Origin: an uncultured Myxococcales bacterium
GTDB lineage: Bacteria; Myxococcota; B64-G9
Assembly: GCA_964633205.1 (NCBI GenBank)
Contig: CAZWFN010000013.1
Span: 443-64,442, forward strand
DNA: 64,000 nucleotides
Direction of reading: 5' to 3'
Positions 53,103 through 61,775 of the stretch are shown here, piece by piece. The position numbers and the translations under genes were made by a program. Below the pieces are notes generated by a model. That model did no database searches and was not told the DNA's origin. It saw nothing but the letters and a program-made list of their open reading frames with translations. Every line of letters begins with the position of its first letter. The first letter of the stretch is position 1.

Positions 53103-54481
53103 GGCCAATCCCTCTCCTGGGTCTCGAGCCCGAAGTGCTCCCGTATCAGCGGCGCGATCTCGAGGATCGACCGCACCTGCCGATGTTCGCTTTTCGGGCG
53201 GCCGGGGTCAAACCACAGGCAGATGCCCGCGGCGGAGTGGTTGGCGTCGTCCGGGCCGGTGTCGTTGCCCCGGGCGTGGATGCGGCCGCTGCCGACGCTG
53301 GCTGCGGCCCGCCAGGCCAGATCGCCGGGATAGGCGATCAGGTCCGGGGCCACGCCGCGCAGCTGCCGGTAGATGCGCTCCGGCCACAGCACCCGGGTAC
53401 CCAGCGGCTGGCCGGCCTCGTCGCCGATGGCTTCGAGCCGCTCGGCCAGTCCGGCCCGATAGGCAGCGTAGTCGGCCGCGGCCACCGCCCCGCGGGGCTC
53501 GCGGCCGCGGCGGTTGATCCAGATGCGGGCGTGGAAGCCGCCGTCGGCCCAGGCGCGGGTTCGCGCCCAGTCGACCATTTCCGGCCGCAGCGGGCCTGCC
53601 TGCACCGGCGCCTGGTGCAGGCACAGATCGCCCTGCTGGATCAGCCACTCGTTGATGTGCAGCGCACCCTGCATGGCGCGGCCGCCGTGATCGCTGACCA
53701 CCAGCACGGCGACGCCTTCGCCGGCGGCCTCGATCAGATCGGCCACCTGGCGGTCGAGCGCGGCATAGAAATCGGGGATGGCTTCGGCGTGTGGGCCGTC
53801 CGGCCGGTGCAGCCTATGGGCCGGATCGAAGTCGCGCCAGAAGCCGTGGTGCATGCGATCGGGGCCCATGTCCACCAGCACCATCAGGTCCCAGTCGGGC
53901 TCGGCGGCCCAGGCCCGGGCCACCCGGAAGCGGGCCCGGGTGACCGTGGTCACCTCGTGCCGCAGCCGCTCCTTGTCCGCGCTGCGGTAGCCCTCGACAT
54001 CGATGCGGTAGCCGCCCGGGCCGGCCAGCGCATCGAGCGCGGCCCGTTGCTCCGGCGGCCAGACGAAGGCCGACTCAGGCCCCGGGCTGAGAACGCCGGC
54101 CACCAGCCGGCCGCGCAGCGGCCAGGGCGGGTAGGTGCCCGGCACCCCGATCACATAGCTGGTCAGCCCGGCCCGGCTCAGTCCATCCCAGACCCAATCG
54201 GCCCGGATGCGCCGGGAGTCGACCAGCGCCGGCGAGCCGTAGCCGCGGTCGGCGCGCAGGCGAAAGCCATACAGGCCCAGCTCCCCGGGGTCGCAGCCGG
54301 TGAACATGCTGGCCCAGGCCGGCAGGCTGACGGGCGGATCGGTCGAGCGCAGCGGCCCGCCGCAGCCCCGCGCCGCCAGACCGTTCAGAAACGGCATCCG
54401 CCCGGCCAGCCGATCGAACACCAGGCTCGGCTCGGCGCCGTCGAGTCCGATCACCAGCAGGCGTGGGCGGGCGTCAGCGAT
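53099..54481 (-). CDS. alkaline-phosphatase-superfamily protein (NPP-like), apparently cytoplasmic; start codon unresolved
   Basis: 'LLVIGLDGAEPSLV', 'SLPAWASMFTGCDPGELGLYGF' and 'LVVSDHG'. Start candidates are ATC 54481 (10 nt after AGAGGAGG), CTG 54460, GTG 54454 and TTG 54526. Confidence 0.65.
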   Translation of the reverse strand: MADARPRLLVIGLDGAEPSLVFDRLAGRMPFLNGLAARGCGGPLRSTDPPVSLPAWASMFTGCDPGELGLYGFRLRADRGYGSPALVDSRRIRADWVWDGLSRAGLTSYVIGVPGTYPPWPLRGRLVAGVLSPGPESAFVWPPEQRAALDALAGPGGYRIDVEGYRSADKERLRHEVTTVTRARFRVARAWAAEPDWDLMVLVDMGPDRMHHGFWRDFDPAHRLHRPDGPHAEAIPDFYAALDRQVADLIEAAGEGVAVLVVSDHGGRAMQGALHINEWLIQQGDLCLHQAPVQAGPLRPEMVDWARTRAWADGGFHARIWINRRGREPRGAVAAADYAAYRAGLAERLEAIGDEAGQPLGTRVLWPERIYRQLRGVAPDLIAYPGDLAWRAAASVGSGRIHARGNDTGPDDANHSAAGICLWFDPGRPKSEHRQVRSILEIAPLIREHFGLETQERDWP

Positions 54482-54634
54482 GGCGGGTGCGCCTCCTCTT
54501 CGCGCGGAGCCGGATGGTGGACACAAGAAAACCTGGCGGTCAAGATCGGCTGCGCTTATACTGCGCCTCGCTAAGCGTGCAATGCACGCCGCGCCGCCGG
54601 CCGGGTGGCGGCCCGGCGGCACTCGGAGGCAGCG

Positions 54635-56383
54635 ATGGCAGGACCAGGCATGGAGCCTTACGGCGGCGAGCTCATCGTTCTGATCGCCGGCGCCGATCGC
54701 GTCGATGCGCTCAAGCAGGAGTCGCGCGACTGGCCGTCGTGGCAGCTCAGCCCGCGGCAGCTGGGCGACGTGGAGCTGCTGTTGACCGGCGGCTTCTCGC
54801 CGCTGACCGGCTTCATGGGCCGGCGCGACTACGACAGCGTGCTCGAGCGCATGCAGCTGGCCGACGGCACCTTCTGGCCGCTGCCGATCACGCTCGACGT
54901 CTCCGACGCGCTCGGCCGCAAGCTGCGCCCCGACGACCGGCTGGTGCTGCGCGATCTGTTCGGGGTGGCGGTGGCCGTGCTGCGGGTGACCGACGTCTGG
55001 CAGCCCGGGCTGACCCGCGAGGCCGAGCAGGTCTACGGCACCGACCGACCCGACCACCCCGGCGTGGCCATGCTGCGCGAGGGCACCCACTCCTGGTACG
55101 TGGGCGGGCCGGTCGAGGGTCTGGAGCGGCCCGAGCACTACGATTTCGCCGAGCTGCGGCCGACCCCGGCCGAGGTGCGTCGCCGCATCACCCAGCTGGG
55201 ATGGTCGCGCACGGTGGCCTTCGAGACGCGGCATCCCATGCACCGCGCCCAGCAGGAGCTGACCCTGCGGGTCATTCGCGACCTGGACGCCGGCCTGCTG
55301 ATCCAGCCCACCGTGGGCCAGACCAAGACCGGCGACATCGAGCACTTCGCCCGGGTGCGCTGCATCCAGGCGGTGGTGGGCCAGTACCCGCCGGAACGGG
55401 CGCTGTTGGCCTTGCTGCCCTTCACCAGCCGCCTGGCCGGGCCGCGCGAGGCGGCCCTGCTGGCCATCGCCCATCGCAACCACGGCTGCAGCCACTTCCT
55501 GGTCGGCCGCGACCACGCCGGCGCCGGTCGCGACGAGAAGGGCCAGCCCTTCTATTCGCCGGACGCCGCCCGCGCGCTGCTCGAGGCGCACGCCGCCGAG
55601 CTGGAGATCGAGCCGGTGGCCTCGCGCGAGATGGTCTACCTGCCCGAGCAACGGCGCTACGCGCCGCGCGACGAGGTGCCCGCCGGCGCGCAGGCCCTTT
55701 CCTTGTCGCCGGCCGAGCTGGCCCAGAAGCTCGAGCGCGGCGAGGACATCCCGGCCCACTTCTCGCACCCGGAGGTGATCGCCGAGCTGCGCAAGGCACG
55801 GCCGCCGCGCGCGCGGCAGGGCTTCACCGTGTTCTGCTCCGGACTGCCCTCGGCCGGCAAGTCGACCGTGGCCCAGGTGCTGATGATCCGCCTGCTGGAG
55901 ATCGGCGGCCGGCCGGTCACCCTGCTCGACGGCGACATCGTGCGCACCCACCTGTCGAGCGAACTCGGTTTTTCGCGCCACGACCGCGATCTGAACATCA
56001 CCCGCATCGGTTTCGTGGCCTCCGAGATCACCAAGAACGGCGGCGTGGCCATCTGCGCCCCCATCGCCCCCTATGACCGGGTGCGCAAGCAGGTGCGCTC
56101 CATGATCGTGCCCAAGGGCGGCTTCGTGCTGGTCCACGTGGCCACCCCGCTGGCCACCTGCGAGCAGCGCGACCGCAAGGGCCTCTACGCCAAGGCCCGG
56201 GCCGGGCTGATCGACGAGTTCACCGGCATCTCCGACCCCTACGAGCCGCCGCAGGACGCCGAGGTGGTGGTCGACACCGCCAGCCAGAGCCCGGCCGCCT
56301 GCGCCGAGACCATCCTGACCTACCTGCGCCAGCGCGGCTACCTGCCCGCCGGCGCGGCCGCCGACGAGTCGGGCGCCGGTTGA
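54635..56383 (+). CDS. sat/cysC: bifunctional sulfate adenylyltransferase / adenylylsulfate kinase (PAPS synthase)
   Basis: 'FETRHPMHRAQQ' and 'HFLVGRDHAG' (ATP sulfurylase). P-loop 'GLPSAGKST' and the C-terminal APS-kinase region. GGAGG is 5 nt before ATG 54635. Confidence 0.9.
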   Translation: MAGPGMEPYGGELIVLIAGADRVDALKQESRDWPSWQLSPRQLGDVELLLTGGFSPLTGFMGRRDYDSVLERMQLADGTFWPLPITLDVSDALGRKLRPDDRLVLRDLFGVAVAVLRVTDVWQPGLTREAEQVYGTDRPDHPGVAMLREGTHSWYVGGPVEGLERPEHYDFAELRPTPAEVRRRITQLGWSRTVAFETRHPMHRAQQELTLRVIRDLDAGLLIQPTVGQTKTGDIEHFARVRCIQAVVGQYPPERALLALLPFTSRLAGPREAALLAIAHRNHGCSHFLVGRDHAGAGRDEKGQPFYSPDAARALLEAHAAELEIEPVASREMVYLPEQRRYAPRDEVPAGAQALSLSPAELAQKLERGEDIPAHFSHPEVIAELRKARPPRARQGFTVFCSGLPSAGKSTVAQVLMIRLLEIGGRPVTLLDGDIVRTHLSSELGFSRHDRDLNITRIGFVASEITKNGGVAICAPIAPYDRVRKQVRSMIVPKGGFVLVHVATPLATCEQRDRKGLYAKARAGLIDEFTGISDPYEPPQDAEVVVDTASQSPAACAETILTYLRQRGYLPAGAAADESGAG

Positions 56384-56398
56384 GCAGGCGCCGGCCGA

Positions 56399-57109
56399 TC
56401 AAAAAATGTCCACCAATCCCAGCCCCGGGGCGGGCCGGGGCCGCAGCCGGCCGCGCTTCAGGCGCACGGCTGCCGCGCTGGGATCGCCGATCAGGTCCAG
56501 GTGGCCGTCGAGATCGGCGTAGATCACGTTCGGCCGCGCCAGGGCGAAGGCCAGCCCGGCCGCGATGGCCAGGGCGCATTCGTCCATGCAGCCCACCATG
56601 GATTCAAGCTCGGCGGCCCGCGCCACCGCGTCGATCTGCATCGCCTCGGCGATGCCGCCGACCTTCATCAGCTTGATGTTGATCATGTCGACCCGCTCGT
56701 GGCGGGCCAGCCGGTAGGCGTCGCCGAGCCCGCACAGGCTCTCGTCGGCCATCACCGGCAGCGGCAGTTGGCGGGTCAGCCGCCCGAGCAGGGCCATGTC
56801 CACCGCTGCCAGCGCTGCCGGGTGGGTCTTGCGCCGGGGCCGCAGTCGCTCCAGCAGCCGCACCGGCCGCAGCGGATCGCGCCGGCGCAGCGTATCGCCG
56901 GCGGCGGTCTGGATGAAGTCGAGGGCGGCGGACGGCGTCTCGCCTGTCACCGCCGGGTCGGGCGCGGCGCAGCCCAGCCCCACCAGGGGTCCGTCGGTGA
57001 CCAGGCGCAGCAGCACGTTGGTGGTGCGGTCGAACGTGGCGCCGGCGATGGTGTACGGCGTGGCCAGCTTCAGCTCGAGCGCCCAGGCTTCGATGCGTTC
57101 GATGCGCAT
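56399..57109 (-). CDS. enolase-superfamily protein (dipeptide epimerase/DgcA-like) lacking about 100-120 internal residues; possibly non-functional
   Basis: The N-terminal capping domain ('AAVDMALLG') runs directly into 'PVMADES...NIKLMKVGG...VGCMDE'. The KxK region and the first two metal-ligand regions are absent. 236 aa. Confidence 0.6.
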   Translation of the reverse strand: MRIERIEAWALELKLATPYTIAGATFDRTTNVLLRLVTDGPLVGLGCAAPDPAVTGETPSAALDFIQTAAGDTLRRRDPLRPVRLLERLRPRRKTHPAALAAVDMALLGRLTRQLPLPVMADESLCGLGDAYRLARHERVDMINIKLMKVGGIAEAMQIDAVARAAELESMVGCMDECALAIAAGLAFALARPNVIYADLDGHLDLIGDPSAAAVRLKRGRLRPRPAPGLGLVDIF

Positions 57110-57149
57110 GACGTCTCTCTCGGTCTCGCGTTCGCCCGAGAATCTCGGA

Positions 57150-59519
57150 TCAGTAGCGGCGCTGATAGATCTCGTCGAGGCTCAAGGCCTTGAGCTGCTC
57201 GACGAACTCGACCAGGTTGGACACCATGATCCGCCACATGCGCCGGCCCTTCTCGGCGGTGGCCCGGGTCGGATCGCCCAGCACACCACAGGGCGAGATG
57301 CGGGCGGTGCGGGCGTACCACTCCACCGAGCGCTTGGAGCTGAAGTCGAGGTAGCGCGAGGAGAACCGGGGAACGTAGCGGGCGGCGCGGTCCATGGCCA
57401 CCAGCTCGGGACGGGTGGCCAGCGAGGTGGAGGTCTCGATCTCGCCGGCGTGGACGTCGTCCGGGGTCTCGGTCAGGGCGACCAGGTCGGCATCCGAGGT
57501 CTCGCCGGTGTCGACACAGGTGAAGATGTGGGCCTCGGCGTTGATCATCTGGGCGGCGAACTTGAGCGCCGGCGCGTTGCCGCCGTGGCCGTTGACGATC
57601 ACCAGCTTGGTGATGCCGTTGCGGGCGGCGGCCATGCCCACGTCGTAGACCAGCTGCGACAAGCTGCCGGGCCGGATGCCCACTGTGCCGCGGAAGTCTT
57701 CGTGGTGGTAGGAGACCCCGTAGGGGATCAGGGGCAGCACCAAGGGCCGCGGTGGCCGGCAGGCCGCGGCCACCAGCCGGGCCAGCCGATCGGCATCGTA
57801 GGCGTCGGTGTCCAGCGGCAGATGGGGACCGTGTTGCTCCAGGGCCCCGACCGGCAGCAGGGCCAGATCCACCTCGGCCAGCCGGCGCTCGGCCTGCGGC
57901 CAGCTCAGCTCGGCCCACAGGTGCTCGCGACGGGCGGCCGGCGCGGCCGGCTGGCCGTCGCCGGCGGCGGTGTGGTGGGAGAACCGGTAGGGCTCGTAGA
58001 GCTCGCTGGCCGCCAGCGGATCGAACCCGTTCCAGACCCGGCCCACTCGGCGCACGGCGCCCGCGGCGTGTTGCAGCAGTATGCGCAGCAGGGCCGGGCG
58101 CAGGTCGGCCGGCAGGGTGTCGGGCGGGGAGCGCTCGGTGTCGAAGCGCAGGCTGAGCACCTCGGGTCGCTCGCGGATCCGGTGGCGGCCCAGGCGATCG
58201 GCGGTGATCAGCCCCCGCTGGCGCAGCGCGAAGCCGAGCTGCTGCACCGCAGCCGTCTCCTGGGCCACGCCGTCGCGCACCAAGCCGTCGAGGCACCAGG
58301 CCACCTGCGCCGGATCGTAGCCCAGCCCGCCGGGCTCGGCGCCCAGCGCCAGCAGCATGCCCACGATGCGGCGACATTTTTCACAGCGGCCGCAGGGAAG
58401 CACGCGGGCGTCCTCGGCAGCGGGCGTGCTCTGTCTACGCTTCTGCGGATGCGCCGCATGGCAAGAGACCTGCTGCGCCCACAGCTCCGGGTAGCGCTCC
58501 CAGATGGTCTTTTCGACCAGCAGCTCGCTGGCCGGACGCAGCAGCGAGAACTGGAGCACGGCGAAACGCTTGCGCTGGAAGTAGCGCGTCATGGCGTTGT
58601 CGAACCAGCGGCTCTGGTCGTAGAGACCGGCATAGTGGGTGATGCCGCGGGTGCTGCGGCGCACCGTGGTGTCGTGCTCGTCGCCGATGACCAGCCGGCC
58701 GATCCCCCGGGCCCGCAGCAGCGGCAGGGCGGCGAAGCTGAACACCGCAACCGTCCACAACCGCAGCGGGTAGTCGTCCGAGCGCAGCCGGGCGAAATCG
58801 GGCCGGATGAACGGCAGCCGGCGCAGCATCCAGGCGAACAGCCGGTCGGCGTTGGTCCAGACGCGGGCGGTCCGGGGACAGCCATGGCACAAGTAGCGGT
58901 AGGCGTTGAGTGCGGTCAACCAGTGGCGGCCGGACTCGTTGACGAAGATCGGGTGGACCTCGATGCCGAGCTCGCGCAGCAGGCCGTAGCTCAACAGGCT
59001 GTCTTTGCCCCCGGAGCTCAGCACGGCGGCCCGGGCGGGCTCGGTGTGCCAGGGCGGGAATTCGGCCCCGGCCGCAGCGGCCGGCGGCGCGAACTCCAGC
59101 CCGGCCACCCACTCCGGATCCCAGCCGGTGCTCTCCGGCAGAGCCGGGGGCGGGCGCAAGAAGGGGTTGGGCCGCAGCAGGCGGTTGACCCAGATTTCGC
59201 GGGCGCTGATCTGGAGCATCTCGGTCAGCAGCGTCCGGTCATCGGTGTCAAAGGCGCCGCGCAGCGCGATGTGTCGGCAGAACAAGCCGTAGTTCAGTGC
59301 CGGCTGGACACCGATCAGGCCGGCCAGGTTGTGGCTCCAGGAGGCTTCGGGATCGAGCACCGGCTCCTGCCAGCGGAAGGCCAAGTCGAAGCGCCGCTCG
59401 CCGTCGGCCTGCTGTACCCGGTAGGGCATGACCACCCGGTCGGTCTCGACCCGGGCCGGACCCACGGTCAGCCGATCGACGGCCACCCGCTCGCCCGCCG
59501 GCTCGGGTGGGGGCGTCAT
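57150..59519 (-). CDS. fusion protein: unknown N-domain, QueC/ExsB-like PP-loop ATPase, then a creatininase-family amidohydrolase
   Basis: ATG 59519 (ATGA overlap). PP-loop 'AVLSSGGKDS' (about aa 165-173), Cys motif 'CGRCEKCRR', and a C-terminal ~256 aa with 'LLPVGALEQHGPHLPLDTD' and 'VNGHGGN'. Confidence 0.7.
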   Translation of the reverse strand: MTPPPEPAGERVAVDRLTVGPARVETDRVVMPYRVQQADGERRFDLAFRWQEPVLDPEASWSHNLAGLIGVQPALNYGLFCRHIALRGAFDTDDRTLLTEMLQISAREIWVNRLLRPNPFLRPPPALPESTGWDPEWVAGLEFAPPAAAAGAEFPPWHTEPARAAVLSSGGKDSLLSYGLLRELGIEVHPIFVNESGRHWLTALNAYRYLCHGCPRTARVWTNADRLFAWMLRRLPFIRPDFARLRSDDYPLRLWTVAVFSFAALPLLRARGIGRLVIGDEHDTTVRRSTRGITHYAGLYDQSRWFDNAMTRYFQRKRFAVLQFSLLRPASELLVEKTIWERYPELWAQQVSCHAAHPQKRRQSTPAAEDARVLPCGRCEKCRRIVGMLLALGAEPGGLGYDPAQVAWCLDGLVRDGVAQETAAVQQLGFALRQRGLITADRLGRHRIRERPEVLSLRFDTERSPPDTLPADLRPALLRILLQHAAGAVRRVGRVWNGFDPLAASELYEPYRFSHHTAAGDGQPAAPAARREHLWAELSWPQAERRLAEVDLALLPVGALEQHGPHLPLDTDAYDADRLARLVAAACRPPRPLVLPLIPYGVSYHHEDFRGTVGIRPGSLSQLVYDVGMAAARNGITKLVIVNGHGGNAPALKFAAQMINAEAHIFTCVDTGETSDADLVALTETPDDVHAGEIETSTSLATRPELVAMDRAARYVPRFSSRYLDFSSKRSVEWYARTARISPCGVLGDPTRATAEKGRRMWRIMVSNLVEFVEQLKALSLDEIYQRRY

Positions 59520-60607
59520 GCAGCCGGCTCCAGCGCCGCCAAGGCCTGGCGCACGATCGTGGCCAGTCCCTGGGGGCCGTCCAGCAGCGGATCCAGTGCG
59601 GGCAGGCCGGTGGCGGCGTGGATGGCGGCGCAGGCGGCCCCCGTATCGGCCGGGGTCAACCCCTCGTGGTTGATGGCCAGCGCGATGACGGGGCTGTCGC
59701 TGATGGCGCGCACCGCTTGGAGCTGGCGCTCCAGCGGGTGGACCGGCCAACCGACGAAGCCGTCGTAGTCGCGCCGGCCGGGAGCGTGCTGCAGCACGAT
59801 CAGGTGGGGCCGGCCGGCCGCCAGCAGCTCGAAGCCGCCCGGATAGGCGGGATGCAGCAGGCTGCCCTGGCCCTCGAGCAGCATCAGCTCCGGGGCCCGC
59901 CGCTGCCAGGCCGACCAGATGGTGTGCTCGATCTCGCCGGCCACGAAGTCGTTGACCAGGGTGTCGATCAAGACGCAGCTGGGCGCGCCTTGCATCCAGG
60001 CCGTCTGGCCGGTGCCCACCAACTCGGCGCGCAAGCCGCCGGTGACCAGCGCGTCGCACAGCAGCCAGGCGGTGGTCCGCTTGCCGACCGCCGAGTCGGT
60101 GCCGAGCACGACCAGGCGGGGACAGCCAACCTGGGCGATCCGACCGTCGAAGAAGTGCAGCGCCGAGCGGGGCGGCGGCCGGCGTACGTCCAGCAGCGCC
60201 CCGCCGTGGCGCAGGGCCAGCCGGGCCAGTTCCGGATCGTCGCCCAGCAGATCGTGAAGGCCGCCGACAACCTGCAGCCCGTGCCGCAGGGCCTCGACCA
60301 CGAAAGGCCGGTGGGCGGGGGCCAGCCGCCCGCCGTCGGGCGCCACCCCGTAGACGAACACGGCCACCGCCGGCTCGCGGTCGGCCCCGGCCGCCAGGGC
60401 GGCTTCCAGATCGGCGACGATCGGAATGCCGGCCGGCCGGCCGTCGAGCACCTGGCCGGCGTCCCGGCCGGCGTGGCCGGGGTCGATCACGGCGGCGATG
60501 GGCCAGCGCAGCGAGCGGCGGACCAGCCCGTGGGCGGTCTTGCCGTTGCTGGTGTTGAAGGCGCCGGCGCAGAAGACCACGGCGGCGCCGCGGCGGGGAT
60601 TGTGCAT
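59516..60607 (-). CDS. DUF1611-family protein (DgcN-like)
   Basis: 'VLGTDSAVGKRTTAWLL...LVGTGQTAWMQG' is typical of DUF1611/COG3367. Confidence 0.8.
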   Translation of the reverse strand: MHNPRRGAAVVFCAGAFNTSNGKTAHGLVRRSLRWPIAAVIDPGHAGRDAGQVLDGRPAGIPIVADLEAALAAGADREPAVAVFVYGVAPDGGRLAPAHRPFVVEALRHGLQVVGGLHDLLGDDPELARLALRHGGALLDVRRPPPRSALHFFDGRIAQVGCPRLVVLGTDSAVGKRTTAWLLCDALVTGGLRAELVGTGQTAWMQGAPSCVLIDTLVNDFVAGEIEHTIWSAWQRRAPELMLLEGQGSLLHPAYPGGFELLAAGRPHLIVLQHAPGRRDYDGFVGWPVHPLERQLQAVRAISDSPVIALAINHEGLTPADTGAACAAIHAATGLPALDPLLDGPQGLATIVRQALAALEPAA

Positions 60608-60609
60608 GC

Positions 60610-61641
60610 TCAGTTCCGTCCGGTCACCACGACCGCGTAGCGATCCGGTGGCAAGGGGTGGCGCTGATGGTGCTCCAGCAGCACCAGCAGCCCGGCGGTC
60701 GAGGCCGGCAGCACGCTGAGCCCTTCGGTCTCGCGCAGCAACCGCGACGCCGCCCGCATGGCCTTGTCGCTGGCGTGCGCGGCCCAGCCGGCCGAGGTGT
60801 TCAGCGCGTCCAGGGCGGCGTCGCCGTCGAAGGCGTGCCAGTTGATCAGCGGTTCGTTGATCACCGTCTCGCGGATGCGGCCCGGATCCAGATCGTCACA
60901 GCGCCGGCAGTCGCCCAGGAAGGCCTGCACGATGGGATTTTTGCGGAAGGACGAGCCGGCCACCAGCCGCGGCAGGCGCGAGGTCTTGCCCCGGCGATGC
61001 AGGCTGACGAAACCGTGATGGATGCCGGCCAGGGTGGTACCGTTCGACACCGGCACCGCCACCGCGGCCGGTGCGTCGCGTAGCTCATCGTAGATCTCGT
61101 AGGCGATCTGGCCGTAGGCCCGAAGCTGTAGCGGGGTGTTGGCGCCGCCGGGGTTGGCATCGTAGATCTCTTCGGCCGCGGCCAGCGCACGCGAGCGGGC
61201 CACCGCCGCCTCATAGTCGCCGGGCACCCGCAGGATATCGGCCCCGCTGTGCTCCATCTCGGCGATGCGTCGGGTGTGGTAGCTGGCGGGTATCAGGATG
61301 CGGCAGCGCAGCCCGGCGCTGGCCGCGGCCGCTGCCAACGCCACCCCGTAGTTGCCGCAGGTGGCGGCGGTGATGGTGTCGAAGCCGCGGCGCAACGCGT
61401 CCATGGCCTGGGCATAGGCGATGCGGTCCTTCTGGGTGCCGCTGGGGTTGCCGCCCTCGAACTTCAGATAGATCTGGCGCAGACCGTAGCGGCGCTCGAC
61501 GTTGCGGGCCCGAGTAAGCGGGGTGTCGCCGATCTCGGAGTCGATCGCGTCCTCGAAGGCCTCGAGACGGGCGAACAGATCGCGTCGGAGATCCTCCGGC
61601 GGAAGCGGCGGCACGGGTTCAAGGTCGGGCGGCTCATCCAT
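60610..61641 (-). CDS. fold-type II PLP-dependent enzyme (threonine synthase/cysteine synthase superfamily)
   Basis: Lys context 'NPSGTQKDR', 'ATCGNYG' and 'VPVSNGTT'. ATG 61641 is 7 nt after GAGGAG. Confidence 0.75.
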   Translation of the reverse strand: MDEPPDLEPVPPLPPEDLRRDLFARLEAFEDAIDSEIGDTPLTRARNVERRYGLRQIYLKFEGGNPSGTQKDRIAYAQAMDALRRGFDTITAATCGNYGVALAAAAASAGLRCRILIPASYHTRRIAEMEHSGADILRVPGDYEAAVARSRALAAAEEIYDANPGGANTPLQLRAYGQIAYEIYDELRDAPAAVAVPVSNGTTLAGIHHGFVSLHRRGKTSRLPRLVAGSSFRKNPIVQAFLGDCRRCDDLDPGRIRETVINEPLINWHAFDGDAALDALNTSAGWAAHASDKAMRAASRLLRETEGLSVLPASTAGLLVLLEHHQRHPLPPDRYAVVVTGRN

Positions 61642-61675
61642 CGGGCAGCTCCTCGCGGCTGGCGCATCACCGCGC

Positions 61676-61691
61676 AGCAAGAGACATGCCA
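61676..61691 (-). promoter_or_regulatory. sigma54 promoter TGGCATGTCTCTTGCT
   Basis: The minus strand matches TGGCAC-N5-TTGCW at 10 of the 11 specified positions. It lies about 35 nt upstream of ATG 61641, in the 134-nt gap after the acyl-CoA synthetase gene. Confidence 0.5.
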
Positions 61692-61775
61692 ACCTGCCGC
61701 TGACAGCGGTGGCTGAAGCTCCCGCGGCAGCTCCTGCCCGGGGCCGTCCGGATGCGGGGCGGTTCGATGCGCTTT

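Noticed and set aside
48887-53333. An 875-aa minus ORF (48887..51514) and a 665-aa plus ORF (51336..53333).
   Set aside because: They are antisense to the CBM-propeller-PHP gene and the sulfatase-fold gene respectively, and no motifs were found. They are shadow ORFs.
53099-56137. A 1012-aa minus ORF read as one giant protein.
   Set aside because: Only the C-terminal ~455 aa are AP-family sequence. The N-terminal half is antisense to the well-supported sat/cysC gene and is low complexity. The ORF is merely open upstream.
56796-60059. A 990-aa plus ORF (56796..59768), and the N-terminal extension of the 969-aa minus ORF (59520..60059).
   Set aside because: The plus ORF is antisense to the creatininase/PP-loop gene and has no motifs. 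The extension overlaps the DUF1611 gene in another frame. ATG 59519 with an ATGA overlap is the sensible start.
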